Source of the DNA: a virus
Taxonomy: Duplodnaviria > Heunggongvirae > Uroviricota > Caudoviricetes
DNA: 35,664 bases
Virus record (IMG/VR): IMGVR_UViG_3300045988_119994
Direction: 5' to 3' (one strand)
Below are positions 35,321-35,664 of this stretch, in pieces; positions within the stretch are counted from its first letter, which is position 1, and every line of letters starts with the position of its first letter. The position numbers were made by a program, and so were the translations under genes. Under the pieces are notes generated by a model that had not been told where the DNA came from, did not search any database, and saw only the letters and a program-made list of their open reading frames with translations.

Positions 35321-35664
35321 ATGCATCGTATAGACACGAAAACCGCGCAGAAGGATAAGTTCGGCGCGGGTAAGAACGGTTTTACCCGTGGTAACCCCCA
35401 GACCGGCACGCCTGCCACCGATCTGGATGATGACTACTTTGACATGTTGCAAGAAGAGCTTTGCAGCGTGGTGGAGGCATCCGGTGCCAGTCTGGAGAAG
35501 GCGCGGCACGACCAGTTGCTTACCGCGCTTCGTGCGCTGCTGTTAAGCCGCAAGAATCCGTTTGGCGATATCAAATCGGATGGCACGGTGAAAACGGCTC
35601 TCGAAAACCTTGGTTTGGGAGAAGGCTCTGCATTACCGGTTGGGGTGCCTGTTCCGTGGCCTTC
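35321..35664 (+). CDS. tail fibre protein, N-terminal part (partial; continues beyond window)
   Basis: [47 protein letters not shown]... conserved tail-fibre N-terminus; GGAG SD. Confidence 0.75.
   Translation, partial: MHRIDTKTAQKDKFGAGKNGFTRGNPQTGTPATDLDDDYFDMLQEELCSVVEASGASLEKARHDQLLTALRALLLSRKNPFGDIKSDGTVKTALENLGLGEGSALPVGVPVPWP

Larger units (their letters stand above)
1114..35664. mobile_element. e14-like temperate prophage (left att to tail-fibre gene; continues beyond window)
   Basis: att repeat, intE/xis, CI/Cro switch, replication, Q, lysis, HK97-type head and Mu-type tail modules in canonical order. Confidence 0.85.

Noticed and set aside
1-35664. tRNA genes, CRISPR arrays, IS elements
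   Set aside because: No tRNA-like T-loop/acceptor signatures seen in intergenic regions (including the Q-to-lysis gap where lambdoid phages often carry tRNAs), no short spaced direct-repeat arrays, no transposase-like ORFs; the only repeat arrays are att arms, operators and rep iterons.

Overview
This window is the left ~35 kb of an e14-like temperate prophage inserted at the 3' end of icd (isocitrate dehydrogenase) in an Escherichia-like genome; it runs off the right edge inside a tail-fibre gene. Left to right: the icd 3' end and terminator (1-130); a decayed earlier element (204-aa membrane protein plus a 3' integrase fragment) bounded by a second, degenerate icd 3' copy (1114-1254); then the main prophage. 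On the minus strand the prophage carries an AT-rich two-gene cargo operon with a LexA box, intE, xis, a YfdR/YfdQ/YfdP-like early module, and a CI repressor with peptidase S24 domain. On the plus strand it carries cro, YmfL/YmfM-like genes, a replication initiator with internal iterons, an N6-adenine methyltransferase, a LexA-DNA-binding-domain-only protein, RusA, KilA-N, DUF968 and antiterminator Q. A TIR-domain gene is inserted on the minus strand between Q and the lysis cassette (lambda-type holin, endolysin R, Rz/Rz1). The late region is an HK97-type head module (HNH, small and large terminase, portal, protease, capsid) joined to a Mu-type contractile tail (sheath, tube, frameshifted chaperone, tape measure, baseplate genes), with an AT-rich moron between tape measure and the DNA-circularisation gene. 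The best candidates for an undescribed system are the LexA-box-fronted operon (298-aa protein plus overlapping four-TM 154-aa protein) in the att-int slot and the stand-alone TIR-domain gene; neither could be assigned to a known family from sequence alone. All calls come from reading the sequence and the ORF track; no database search or computation was run, and family names are recalled, not verified.
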